Positions 1-9,149 of a DNA stretch of 64,000 bases are shown here, in pieces. The notes under the pieces were generated by a model, which did no database searches, was not told the DNA's origin, and was given only the letters and a program-made list of their open reading frames with translations. The stretch is from an uncultured delta proteobacterium (lineage in GTDB: Bacteria; Myxococcota; Kuafuiibacteriia; Kuafuiibacteriales; Kuafuiibacteriaceae). The stretch is from the NCBI GenBank assembly GCA_963803435.1, contig CAWDML010000001.1, positions 672,001 through 736,000 of the forward strand, in the 5' to 3' direction. Position numbers and translations under genes: made by a program. Each line of letters starts with the position of its first letter. Within the stretch, counting starts at the first letter, position 1.

Positions 1-1371
1 CGGACCGGGATCGCGGCCGGCCTCGACGTCGACGCGTTCGCGCCCCGCATCTCCTTCTTCTTCGGCATCGGGATGAGCTTCTTCGTCGAGATCGCCAAGC
101 TGCGCGCCGCGCGCTGGCTCTGGTCGGAGCTGATGGCCGGGTTCTCGCCGAAGGACGACAAGTCGCGCTGCCTTCGCACGCATTGCCAGACCTCGGGCTG
201 GAGCCTCACCGCGCAGGACGCCTACAACAACGTGATCCGCACCTGCCTCGAGGCGATGGCGGCCACCCAGGCCCACACGCAGTCGCTCCACACCAACGCC
301 CTCGACGAGGCGCTGGCGCTCCCCTCCGAGTTCTCGGCGCGCATCGCGCGCAATACGCAGCTGTTCCTTCAGCTCGAGTCGGGCACGCTGCGCCCAGTCG
401 ATCCTTGGGGCGGGAGCTGGTACCTCGAGCGCCTCACCCGCGAGCTCGCCGATCGCGCGCGCCTCCACCTCGCGGAGGTCGAAGGCCTCGGCGGCATGGC
501 CAAGGCGATCGCCGCCGGCTTGCCCAAGCTGCGCATCGAGGAGGCCGCCGCGCGCACGCAGGCCCGGATCGACTCGGGGCGACAGACCGTGGTGGGCGTC
601 AACGCCTACCGGGCCGCCACCGAGGAGCAGATCGCCGTCCTCAAGGTCGACAACACCGAGGTGCGGCGCGGGCAAATCGCGCGCCTCCAGGAGCTGAAGC
701 GAACCCGCGACGCCGACGCCGTCGAGCGCGCGCTCTCCCGCCTGACCGAGGGCGCGGGCGACCCGAAGGCGAACCTGCTGTCGCTCTCGATCGAGGCCGC
801 CCGCGCCCAGGCCACCGTCGGCGAGATCAGCCTGGCGCTGGAGAAGGTCTTCGGCCGCCATCGAGCGATGACCCACACGGTCTCGGGCGTATACAGTGGC
901 GAGATGGGCGAGAGCGATCCGGCGGTCATCGCCCTGCGCGCCCGCGTGAAGGCGTTCCACGATCGCGAGGGCCGGCGTCCCCGCATCCTCGTCGCCAAGG
1001 TCGGACAGGACGGTCACGATCGGGGGCAGAAGGTGATCGCGACTGCGTTCGCGGATCTCGGCTTCGACGTGGACGTGGGCCCGCTCTTCTCCACCCCCGA
1101 GGAGAGCGCGCGCCAGGCCGTGGAGAACGACGTTCACTTCCTCGGCGTCAGCACGCTGGCGGCCGGCCACCTGACGCTCGTCCCCGCCCTGCTGGCCGAG
1201 CTGGCGAAGCTCGGGCGCTCCGACATCATGATCATCGTCGGCGGCGTCATCCCGCCCGAGGATCACCAGCCGCTGCTCGACGCCGGTGCGACCGCGATCT
1301 TTGGACCCGGCACCGTGATCACCGAGGCGGCCGGTAGGCTCATGACCGCGCTCGAGGCGCAGAGTGGCTAG
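1..1371 (+). CDS. scpA: Methylmalonyl-CoA mutase (5'-truncated by window edge)
   Basis: Frame is open from base 1 ([25 protein letters not shown]...). Contains [21 protein letters not shown] and the B12-binding motif [10 protein letters not shown]. Confidence 0.95.
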   Translation, partial: RTGIAAGLDVDAFAPRISFFFGIGMSFFVEIAKLRAARWLWSELMAGFSPKDDKSRCLRTHCQTSGWSLTAQDAYNNVIRTCLEAMAATQAHTQSLHTNALDEALALPSEFSARIARNTQLFLQLESGTLRPVDPWGGSWYLERLTRELADRARLHLAEVEGLGGMAKAIAAGLPKLRIEEAAARTQARIDSGRQTVVGVNAYRAATEEQIAVLKVDNTEVRRGQIARLQELKRTRDADAVERALSRLTEGAGDPKANLLSLSIEAARAQATVGEISLALEKVFGRHRAMTHTVSGVYSGEMGESDPAVIALRARVKAFHDREGRRPRILVAKVGQDGHDRGQKVIATAFADLGFDVDVGPLFSTPEESARQAVENDVHFLGVSTLAAGHLTLVPALLAELAKLGRSDIMIIVGGVIPPEDHQPLLDAGATAIFGPGTVITEAAGRLMTALEAQSG

Positions 1372-2332
1372 CGGCGAGCTCACCGTCGAGGCGTGGCTCG
1401 AGGGCATCCGCGCCCGCGATCGCGCGATCCTGGGGCGCGCCGTCACGCTGATCGAGAGCCGTCGCCCCGAGCACCGCGAGACCGCGCAGTCCCTCCTGAC
1501 CGCGTTGATGCCGTACACGGGTGGCGCCCATCGGATCGGGATCAGCGGCATCCCGGGCGCGGGCAAGTCGACATTCATCGAAGCCTTCGGAATGATGCTG
1601 GTGGAGCAAGGTCACCGCGTCGCCGTCCTCGCCGTCGATCCGTCGAGCACCCTCACCGGCGGAAGCATCCTCGGTGACAAGACGCGCATGCAGCGTCTCG
1701 CCGCCGACCCGCGCGCGTTCGTCCGTCCTTCACCCTCGAGCGGTGCGCTCGGCGGCGTGGCGCGGCGGACCCAGGAGACCGTGCTCCTCGCCGAGGCCGC
1801 CGGCTTCGACGTGGTCATCGTGGAGTCGATCGGCGTGGGACAGTCGGAGACCGCGCTGGCGGAGATGGTCGACTTCTTACTCCTCCTCGTGCTCCCGGGC
1901 GGCGGCGACGAGCTCCAGGGGATCAAGCGCGGCATCCTGGAGCTGGCCGACCTGGTCGCGATCAACAAGGCGGACGGCGATCGCCTCGCCCACGCGCGCG
2001 CGGCCCAGGCCGAGTACGGAGCCGCGCTGCGCCTCTTGCGGAGCGACGCCCCCGAGATCCTGCTGACCAGCGCCCTGGAAGGAACCGGGCTCGCGCAGGT
2101 GTGGGAGGCGATCCGGCGGCACCAGACCGACGGTCGCCGCCGCGAGCGGCGGCGCACCGAGCAGCGGATCGCCTGGACGCGGCGCCTGATCCACGACGAG
2201 CTCGAGGAGCGCTTCGCCCGTCACCCGGAGGTCGCCCGCCTGCTCCCCGAGCTCGAGCGCGAGGTCGAGGCCGGCCGCCTCTCTCCCAGCGAGGCTGCGG
2301 CCCGGGCGCTGGAGGCGTTCAATAGCCGATGA
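1364..2332 (+). CDS. meaB: Methylmalonyl-CoA mutase-associated GTPase MeaB/ArgK
   Basis: P-loop [40 protein letters not shown]. Overlaps the mutase stop. Confidence 0.95.
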   Translation: MASGELTVEAWLEGIRARDRAILGRAVTLIESRRPEHRETAQSLLTALMPYTGGAHRIGISGIPGAGKSTFIEAFGMMLVEQGHRVAVLAVDPSSTLTGGSILGDKTRMQRLAADPRAFVRPSPSSGALGGVARRTQETVLLAEAAGFDVVIVESIGVGQSETALAEMVDFLLLLVLPGGGDELQGIKRGILELADLVAINKADGDRLAHARAAQAEYGAALRLLRSDAPEILLTSALEGTGLAQVWEAIRRHQTDGRRRERRRTEQRIAWTRRLIHDELEERFARHPEVARLLPELEREVEAGRLSPSEAAARALEAFNSR

Positions 2333-2642
2333 GGTCGCGGTCCTCGTCGTACCAGTGAGGCCGTCCGAAGTCGCGACCGACGCTGGCCTCGAGCTCGCGC
2401 ACCACCTCCCCGAGATCTCGGTTCACGGACTCGGAGCTCAGCGATCCGTTGGCCGGTGAGATCAACGCCGGCTCGGCCCGCGCCACCGCGGTGTCGAGCT
2501 GAGCCTCCAGCCGATGCGTCAGCTCCCGCCCGTCGAGCGCCAGACGCTCCGCGACCTGCTCGAGAAAAGCGAAAGCCACCTTGCGTTGATCCGGCCCGTC
2601 GCGCAGCAGCGCTCGCGCCACCTCACCCCGAATTCCCCTCAC
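2319..2642 (-). CDS. Hypothetical protein (~107 aa)
   Basis: GTG start overlaps the TGA of the upstream ORF (GTGA at 2639-2642). Plausible helical sequence, no recognised motif. Confidence 0.5.
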   Translation of the reverse strand: MRGIRGEVARALLRDGPDQRKVAFAFLEQVAERLALDGRELTHRLEAQLDTAVARAEPALISPANGSLSSESVNRDLGEVVRELEASVGRDFGRPHWYDEDRDLIGY

Positions 2643-3085
2643 GGCTCCATCCCTCGCAACGCGCGTAGCCGCGCCGATGAAATCGATCGCCGCACCCGCT
2701 GGGAGAGCCCGCTCTGCGCCTCCAGCTGTGACCCGCTCTTCGCCTGCCGGCGAAGACGGCTCGACAGGTAACGGGCGAAGAAGCGCTCCATCAGCGACCA
2801 GTCGCCCTGAATCGCCAGCTCGGGGCGCTCTGAAAACTCCGTCCCCGTCATGACCGCGAGCGCCTCGGCCTCTCCGAGCAGGAAGATCGCGTCGGAGTCC
2901 GGCGGCGCCCGGCGCGGGAAAGAGGTGGCGACCGCGTCCCCGAAGCTCGCCGACCACCAGTAGGTCCCGGCGGCCCCCTGGACGCCCACGGCGAGCAATC
3001 CCGCCAGCTGGCTGGGCGCACCGTCCGTGGCCACCAGCGCCTGGAGGAGGAGGAGCAAATCGCTGGGGAGGAGGTCCAGGCCCAT
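2639..3085 (-). CDS. Hypothetical protein, possibly SCP2-like lipid-binding fold
   Basis: 148-aa ORF. The ...LAIQGDWSLMERFF segment resembles SCP2 C-termini. A sigma54-like promoter lies just upstream. Confidence 0.5.
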   Translation of the reverse strand: MGLDLLPSDLLLLLQALVATDGAPSQLAGLLAVGVQGAAGTYWWSASFGDAVATSFPRRAPPDSDAIFLLGEAEALAVMTGTEFSERPELAIQGDWSLMERFFARYLSSRLRRQAKSGSQLEAQSGLSQRVRRSISSARLRALRGMEP

Positions 3086-3100
3086 CCGAAGGGAGGGAAC

Positions 3101-3116
3101 AGCACTGCGCGTGCCA
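3101..3116 (-). promoter_or_regulatory. Putative sigma54 (-24/-12) promoter
   Basis: Minus strand TGGCACGCGCAGTGCT gives GG-N10-GC, 15 nt before the ORF start at 3085. Confidence 0.5.
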
Positions 3117-3175
3117 GGGCCCGTTCCGCGGCTTACGGGCGAGGACTGTCGGGTGGAGTCGACAGACTGCCGGTC

Positions 3176-3973
3176 TCAGTATCGACCTGTAGCCCGCTCC
3201 TTTGCAGGGAGGATTTCCAGGCACGTGGTCCACCAGCCCTCGAGGATGGTGGTGACGAAGGCCTGCGGCAGGCCCTCGGCGCGCATCTCTTCCGCCAGCC
3301 GGGCGTGATCGTAGTGCACGGGCAGGAACTCGATCTCGAGATCGCCGCGCGTGGCGTCGAGGATCGCGAACCACACGTTCGTCTTGCCGTCGTTGGCGGG
3401 TCGGCCCAGCGCGCCCACGTTGACGACCCCGCGGTTCTGCGCGTGCAGTCGGGACCAGTGGATGCCGGTGTGCGTGCAGACCACGACGTCGGCCTGCTGA
3501 TCATCGAGCATCTTCTCCACGAACGGGACGGGCGTCGTGGAGCGCCAGAGGAACTCGTTGATCTTCCGCGGTGAGCCGTGCGCGAGCAGCAGGCGATGCT
3601 CTCCCAGCGTGAGGCGCGCCGACAGCGGGAGCGTCCCCATCCACTCCTTGTGCTCACGGCTGGTGCGCTCGAACGTGTAGTCGTACGAGATCTGGGCGAA
3701 GTGATTGTCGCGCGGATCGGTGTACCCGCAGTGGCAGTCCTCGGAGGCGCTGGAGAGCGCCTCCTCATAGTTGCCCTGGATCGCGGACACGCCGTGCTCA
3801 CGCAGGATCTCGCACGTGCGATCCGGGTGCGGTCCGAACGCCCCGAAGTCGCCCAGCGCCCAGACCGCCTCGACGTTGGCCGCCTTCGCCATACGCAGCG
3901 CCTCCGAGAGGGCGAGGTAGTTGCTGTAGATCCCCCCGAAGAAGGCCACGCGAGAGAGCGTCAGGTCGTGCAT
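3176..3973 (-). CDS. Calcineurin-like metallophosphoesterase
   Basis: Likely start MHDLTLSRVAFFGGIYSN. Motifs LGD, GNYE, HGSP, THTG, NVG, plus a DCHCGY insert. Confidence 0.85.
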   Translation of the reverse strand: MHDLTLSRVAFFGGIYSNYLALSEALRMAKAANVEAVWALGDFGAFGPHPDRTCEILREHGVSAIQGNYEEALSSASEDCHCGYTDPRDNHFAQISYDYTFERTSREHKEWMGTLPLSARLTLGEHRLLLAHGSPRKINEFLWRSTTPVPFVEKMLDDQQADVVVCTHTGIHWSRLHAQNRGVVNVGALGRPANDGKTNVWFAILDATRGDLEIEFLPVHYDHARLAEEMRAEGLPQAFVTTILEGWWTTCLEILPAKERATGRY

Positions 3974-4839
3974 CGAAGCCCCTCGAAGTGGCACGTGAAG
4001 CAGGCCTGGTGCGACAGTGAGAACGGCCCCAGCGTCTCCGCCAGCGTTCGGCCCATCATCGCGTCGGGCGCATCGATCAGGATGGGACAGACGTAGACGC
4101 CCCGCGCACAGGCCATCCGGCAGCGCGCACACTGGAGCGCCTCGAGCTCTTGTTCGGTCAGGTGCACGCCTGCCAGCGTCTCCCACTCGCGATAGCCCCG
4201 CGCGCGCGAGGTCTCCGCACCCAGCCGGATCAGGGGCAGCACCTTCAAGCGCGGCTGGGTGAGGCCGGCCCGCTCCAGAAACTCGAGGAAGCGCGCCCGG
4301 CCGATCTGCGTGGCCGCCTCTCCGCAGGCCTCGGTCACCGTGATCACCGGGTTCAGACCCGCCTCGGCGAGGCTGCGGACCCCGGCCATGATGCGCTCGA
4401 AGGTCCCCTCCCCGCGGATCGGATCGTTCGACGCTGCGTCCCAGCCGTCGATCGAGATCCGGAGATCGAGCGAATACTCGGATGCATCCGAGAGCCGCTT
4501 CAGCCGCCGCGCGGTCTCGTCCTTGATCAAGAGGCCGTTCGTCAGCACGGCCACCGGCCCCTGCGCCAGCGCCGCCTCCAGCATCTCGAGCAGCTCCCGG
4601 TTCATGAACGGCTCGCCGCCGGTGAAGTAGTACTCCTTGACGCCGAGCGCGACGGCCTCCCCCAGGAGCCGCTCCACCTGCTCGAGCGACATCATCTCGT
4701 GCGTGTGGTTCTCCGGCGAGCACGAGATGAAGCAGTGCGTGCAACGGAGATTGCAGAGGGTACCGGCCACCTGGAACCAGAGCGTGTCGAGCGCCAGGAG
4801 CGGCGCCGCGGGATAGGTGGGATTGAGCTGGACCAGCAT
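3961..4839 (-). CDS. Radical SAM protein with Cys-rich C-terminus
   Basis: CNLRCTHC motif, FTGGEP, LTNG. C-terminal CARC...VCP...CFTC. Confidence 0.9.
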   Translation of the reverse strand: MLVQLNPTYPAAPLLALDTLWFQVAGTLCNLRCTHCFISCSPENHTHEMMSLEQVERLLGEAVALGVKEYYFTGGEPFMNRELLEMLEAALAQGPVAVLTNGLLIKDETARRLKRLSDASEYSLDLRISIDGWDAASNDPIRGEGTFERIMAGVRSLAEAGLNPVITVTEACGEAATQIGRARFLEFLERAGLTQPRLKVLPLIRLGAETSRARGYREWETLAGVHLTEQELEALQCARCRMACARGVYVCPILIDAPDAMMGRTLAETLGPFSLSHQACFTCHFEGLRCTT

Positions 4840-5991
4840 CAGCCGAGGCCCTCGAAGATCGTCTCGATCTGCGCCAGACCGTCCTTCAGCAGAAACGTGC
4901 TCGATCGGCCGTAGCTCTTGTGGCCGATGAGATGGAAGCCAGGCTCACCGGACTCGAGAATCCGACGCCTTCAGCCGGGGCACGTGGAGGCAGTCGGTGA
5001 CGTTCGAGAGCCCGGCCTCGATCCCCGACGCGCCCTCCGTCACGGGCGAGATCCGGAGCGCCACCTCGTGCAGGAAGGTGAGATCAGGCCGGTAGCCGGT
5101 GAAGCCGCAGATCCGATCGAAGACCCCCTCCCGATCACCAGCGAACCGCGCCAGCAGGCGCTCGCCGCGGGGCTCGATCGCAACCAGGTGCGCCTTGCGC
5201 TCGACTGTCAGGAACGGCGGCGGATCGAGCGCCAGGTGGTTCGCGGCGTCCACGATCCGCCGGCGCTCGGGCAGCGGATCCTCGGCGACAGCGACACACG
5301 GGCGCCGGTTCATCGATCGCGTGGCCCAGGTGATCCGCGTCTCCGGGTGCTCGACCGCCACCCGCGCCAGCCGCTCGATCGCGTGGGCCGCGGAGTGTCC
5401 GTGTCCGACCACCAGGAACGCTCGTCCCGAGAGCTCCCGCTCGGCCTCGAGCTGGCCGAGGTAGCGGATGATCCGAGGTGCGAGCACGCGCTCTCCCGCG
5501 GCAGGCACCCCACCGACGCCCGAGTACGCAGGCAGCTGGCTCCCCGAGGCATCGAGCACCACGTCCGCCTCGAAGCGCTTCTCCCCTTCGGGCGAGTCAG
5601 CGAGCACGGTGAAGCTGCGCTCGCTGCGCAGCGGGTGTCGCGGCAGGTCCTTCCGGGTCATGCGCGTCCGGCCCACCGCCACCACCGCGTGCCGCTCCAG
5701 CACGCGGCCGGCCAGCGGCGGGCGGGTGATCAACTTCGACAGCACCTGCTCGACAAAGCCGGCACCAGTGAGGACCGCGCCCGGCGCCGGCGCCTCGGCG
5801 CCCAGCAGCTCCCGCACGCGCGAGGAAACGTTCATCTCGAGAGGAGTGAAGAACCGGGTCGAGCCCCAGCGAGACAGCGAGCTGCCCGCACGGTCCTTCT
5901 CCAGCACGCGCACGTCGAACCCCCTCGCCGCGCCCAGCACTGCCGCCTCGAGGCCGATCGGTCCCGCACCGATGACCAGCAGCCGTCTCAT
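4839..5991 (-). CDS. FAD/NAD(P)-dependent oxidoreductase (ArsO-like flavoprotein), apparent +1 frameshift at ~4959
   Basis: IGAGPIG and VGHGHSA Rossmann motifs, TGYRPD. Removing one base at 4959/4960 restores ...EPGFHLIGHKSYGRSSTFLLKDGLAQI, with the stop overlapping the rSAM ATG. Confidence 0.8.
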
Positions 5992-6317
5992 GTCTCGCGC
6001 TCGAGCACGTTGCAGGCCTGCACCCAGTGGGCGACCACACCGCCGGCCTTGATGCTCGCCGCGACGTTGGCGGCCTCGGCCATCTCCTCCGGAGACCAGC
6101 CGGCGTCCGCGCACTGCTTCGCGTAGCTGTGGATGCAGTACGGCTCCTGGATCGCGAACGCCACCGCCAGCCCGATCAGCTGCTTCGTCTTGGCGTCGAC
6201 CAGACCAGCCTCCATCGCGCCGCTGTAGTACCGCATGAAGTCGGCAAAGCCCTTCTCGTTGGCCTTCGACATCTCGGCAAAACGGGCCAGATCCTCGGAA
6301 ACGTAGTAGCTCGGCAT
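5988..6317 (-). CDS. Carboxymuconolactone decarboxylase/AhpD-like protein (arsenosugar/rSAM-associated peroxidase-like)
   Basis: MPSYYVSEDLARF...KQLIGLAVAFAIQEPYCIHSY. GGAGG RBS. Stop overlaps the flavoprotein ATG. Confidence 0.8.
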   Translation of the reverse strand: MPSYYVSEDLARFAEMSKANEKGFADFMRYYSGAMEAGLVDAKTKQLIGLAVAFAIQEPYCIHSYAKQCADAGWSPEEMAEAANVAASIKAGGVVAHWVQACNVLERET

Positions 6318-6387
6318 TGGTGTCCTCCCAGCGCGCAGCAGCGCTGCGCAACGTAGCTTGCAAAACGATGAAGATCGGCGAGCGCGG

Positions 6388-7057
6388 TCAGACCGGCGGA
6401 CCGCGGATCGCATGGGCGACCATCGCTCGCGGGTGAAACCGGGTGAGGCGGTCGGGAGGGACGGCAGCTCGGCCGCAGGATCCGGGTGAGAACGCGGGCA
6501 AGCTCGCGGTCACGGCCGGCTTCGATGCGGTCCAGGTCGGCGCGGCGGTCGACGTCGTCGAGACGCTCGAGGAGCTGGGCGTCACCGAGGCTGATCAGGT
6601 CGTGGCACGTCGACCGCGTCTGCCAGCGCACGGCCGCGAAGTCGACCGAGGCGCGCGCGGCGATCAGATAGGCGCCGCCGTCGGCGCTGGGTCCGACGAC
6701 CAGCGGATGGGTGTCGAGCCCGACCAGCGCGCGGCGCAGCTGGGAGACCGAGATTCGGGGCGTATCGAGGCCCACGGCCACCACCCGCGTGTACCCGAGA
6801 CCCCGGGCGTCCTCGATGGCAGAGCGCAGGCGATCACCGAAGGTCCGACCGCGCTGCGGGAGCACCGGGGTGCCCGGGGGGAGCGCGTGCGGCGCGGCCC
6901 CCACCACCACCAGATCGACGTCGAGGACCTGGGCCGCCGCCGTCACCCGCCGCGCCGCCAGCGCGAACAGGACTTCGGCGCCCGGGATTCGCTTGAGAGC
7001 GGCTTCCCTGCGTGCCGAGCGCGCGAAGAGCAGGATGCAGGAGCGGTCTCCGCGCAC
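6388..7057 (-). CDS. DUF2064/CofC-like glycosyltransferase (TIGR04282-like), apparent +1 frameshift at ~6478
   Basis: ILLFAR, QRGRTFGDRL, GLDTP, VGPSADGGAYLI, LDDVD. Removing one base at 6478/6479 gives the end ...HAIRGPPV*. Confidence 0.75.
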
Positions 7058-7092
7058 GCGGAGTCGACCGTATGAGAACCACTCTCCGGCTG

Positions 7093-7920
7093 TCAATTCG
7101 CCACGGCCAGGCGCTTCTCCATCGACTCGAACTGTTCGCGCCAGACCTCGCGCCAGCCGTCGGACGAGGGATCCGCGAGCAGCGCCTTGGCCTTGTCGAA
7201 GGCCGCCCGCGCCTCGTCGGTGCGGTCGTCCTCGACGAGGGCCTCGGCGAGCATCAGGAGGTTCTCGGGCCACTCGGGCCCGAGCTCGGTCGCCTTCTCG
7301 AGGTGCGCGATCGCTTCGTCGAGATCGCCGACCGAGAGGGGCCAGGCCGGCGCCCGCAGGTAGATCCCGCCGAGGAGCCGATGCGGTCCCGCATGCGCGA
7401 CCGTCGGGTCCTTCTCCACGGCCGCCTGACCCTGCGCGAGCATTCGTGGGATCAGCGCGAGCCCTTCCATGTTGCGCGCCAGCGCGCGCGCCCCCATGCA
7501 CAGCCCCAGGTAGAAGTGGCCTTCGGCGGGATCATCCTTCTCGATGCCGAGGTCCATGCATCGCTTCGCCAGCTTCGCTGCATTGTCTGCGCTGCTCGAG
7601 GTGAGCGTCAGGAAGTAGAGCGCGCGGGCGGCGCGCCACCGACCTTCGGGGCCACAGTCGGCGTCGCCGGGCTCGTTCACACACGCTTCGGCGGCGCGGT
7701 AGGAGCGGGCGGCGCTGGGGCCGCTCGGCCCGTGCATGACCATCCGATCCGACTCGACGAGGAGCGCGTCCTTCCCCACGGGGAGGGGCCCATACTTGTC
7801 ATCGTCCTGCGGCAGATCCAGGAGGTTGTTGGGAGGACAGTGCGCGCAGGAGGCGTCGGCGAGCACGAGGAGGGGAAGCGCGAACCGAAGCCATTGAATC
7901 GATCGTTCGCCGCGAACCAC
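7093..7920 (-). CDS. TPR-containing exported protein (TatT-like)
   Basis: Hydrophobic N-terminus with Cys. TPR-like helices including HAGPHRLLGGIYLRAPAWP..GDLDEAIAHLEKA. Confidence 0.7.
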   Translation of the reverse strand: MVRGERSIQWLRFALPLLVLADASCAHCPPNNLLDLPQDDDKYGPLPVGKDALLVESDRMVMHGPSGPSAARSYRAAEACVNEPGDADCGPEGRWRAARALYFLTLTSSSADNAAKLAKRCMDLGIEKDDPAEGHFYLGLCMGARALARNMEGLALIPRMLAQGQAAVEKDPTVAHAGPHRLLGGIYLRAPAWPLSVGDLDEAIAHLEKATELGPEWPENLLMLAEALVEDDRTDEARAAFDKAKALLADPSSDGWREVWREQFESMEKRLAVAN

Positions 7921-7987
7921 GCCCTACCCCGAAGAGAAGATCTCCGGCGCTGCTATAGCCTCGGAGGTGGTGGGAGCGCCAGCAGGC

Positions 7988-8023
7988 AAAAAAGGAAAAA
8001 AGCGCCCGCCCGAGGGCGAACGC
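7988..8023 (-). terminator. Rho-independent terminator
   Basis: Minus strand GCGTTCGCC-CTCG-GGCGGGCGC followed by TTTTTTCCTTTTTT. The two G.U pairs form only on the minus strand. Confidence 0.85.
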
Positions 8024-9065
8024 TCTCCCAATTCTCGTGAGATCAAGGGGAGCGCCTGGCGCTCAACAGATCGGCTACTGGTCGCGCAGTTCCCTCTCGT
8101 AGGCTGAAAGAATCGTCGCGGAGCCCGGCGCTACCTAGGATCGCCCGGACGTGCCTCTCGCGAGGTTGGAACCACCTTCGAAGGTTTGTGTGCAGCCCCG
8201 GTCGCGGCTCGTTGGCCTTCCCCGCGATCGCCGCGGTCCGCCTGTTTCCATGCGGCCCGTCGGCTTCCTGTCGAGCTACCGTCCCCTGAACCAGCTTCGT
8301 CCAGGTTCATCCTTCCTTGGCGTTCCTCCTCCTCAGAGTTCCTTCGCTCAGATTCTCCGCCTGTCGTCTTTCGACGCAGGCACTCGCCTACCCAGGGTCT
8401 CTTCCCTCATCGCGACATCACCGGAGCGCGTCCACCACGTGCGAAGGATGCCATGCCCTCGCTTCGTTCCGTCCTCAGGTTTTCGCAACCTCTCGACGGT
8501 TTTCTCCGCTCTCCGGCTTTGCGGGCTTCTTTCATCCCGCAGCCACGTCCAGGGTTGTCGCCGTTCAGGGGCTTCTCTCCCCGCGCAGCCGGACGCTCTC
8601 CTCGAGCGCCGTGCCCCCTTGCCGTTGTCCTCCGAGGTCCTCACCGAATACGCCCGCCTCCCGCTTTCGCGTTCCGCCGGCCACCGGATGCCATCCCTCG
8701 CAGGCCTCGACTTCGAGGCTTTCCTCCGCGCGGGGCCGCGTTGCCCACGGTTCGGGGTTTAGCCGCACCGTGACCCGCTCCCCTCTTCGGTTTCTTCTCC
8801 TCCAGGTCCTCAACCACCGCCTCGGGCTCTGGTTACCCAGAGCCATCCACTCACGACGGTTCCTTCCGGGGCCCTTCACGCTGGTCCCCTTCGGCCGTCC
8901 ACAGCGTCTTGTCAGCGGCGGGCTAGGTCTCTCCGTCTCCTTCGAAACCAACCTGCCCGAGACTTTCGAGCCTTCCGACTGAAGTCTCCATGGTGACCTC
9001 GTTCGACGAGGCTCCCTGCGCGTCCCTTTTGACCAGCAGCCTCACTGCTGTCCGCCAGGCGCAGG
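7990..9065 (-). ncRNA. Candidate large structured non-coding RNA (~1.07 kb), family unassigned
   Basis: No credible ORF. Bounded by a sigma70-like promoter and an intrinsic terminator. Purine-rich minus strand with many hairpins, including GNRA loops at 8825-8844, 8359-8381 and 8154-8165. Confidence 0.65.
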
Positions 9066-9068
9066 TGT

Positions 9069-9125
9069 ATTGATAGGCGAGCTCCGGCCCGTTGGCAAGA
9101 CCCTTTTCTAAATTATTTCGATTTT
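9069..9125 (-). promoter_or_regulatory. Putative sigma70 promoter with AT-rich UP element
   Basis: Minus strand TTGCCA (9093-9098), 17-nt spacer, TATCAAT (9069-9075). AAATAATTTAGAAAAG lies upstream. Confidence 0.55.
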
Positions 9126-9149
9126 CTTTCGCGATACCGGTCGAAACTC

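Noticed and set aside
4945-4947. In-frame TGA in the flavoprotein as a possible selenocysteine codon
   Set aside because: The conserved C-terminus continues in a different frame, so this is a frameshift at ~4959 rather than readthrough.
8715-8732. Minus-strand GGAGGAAAGC resembling the RNase P RNA GAGGAAAGUCC motif
   Set aside because: The motif diverges, the matching 3' P4 strand is not found on that strand, and the unit is far longer than RNase P RNA.
8151-8982. Overlapping 100-220 aa ORFs on both strands
   Set aside because: Ser/Pro/Arg-rich, no family motifs, and codon usage unlike neighbouring genes. Better explained as shadows of a structured RNA.
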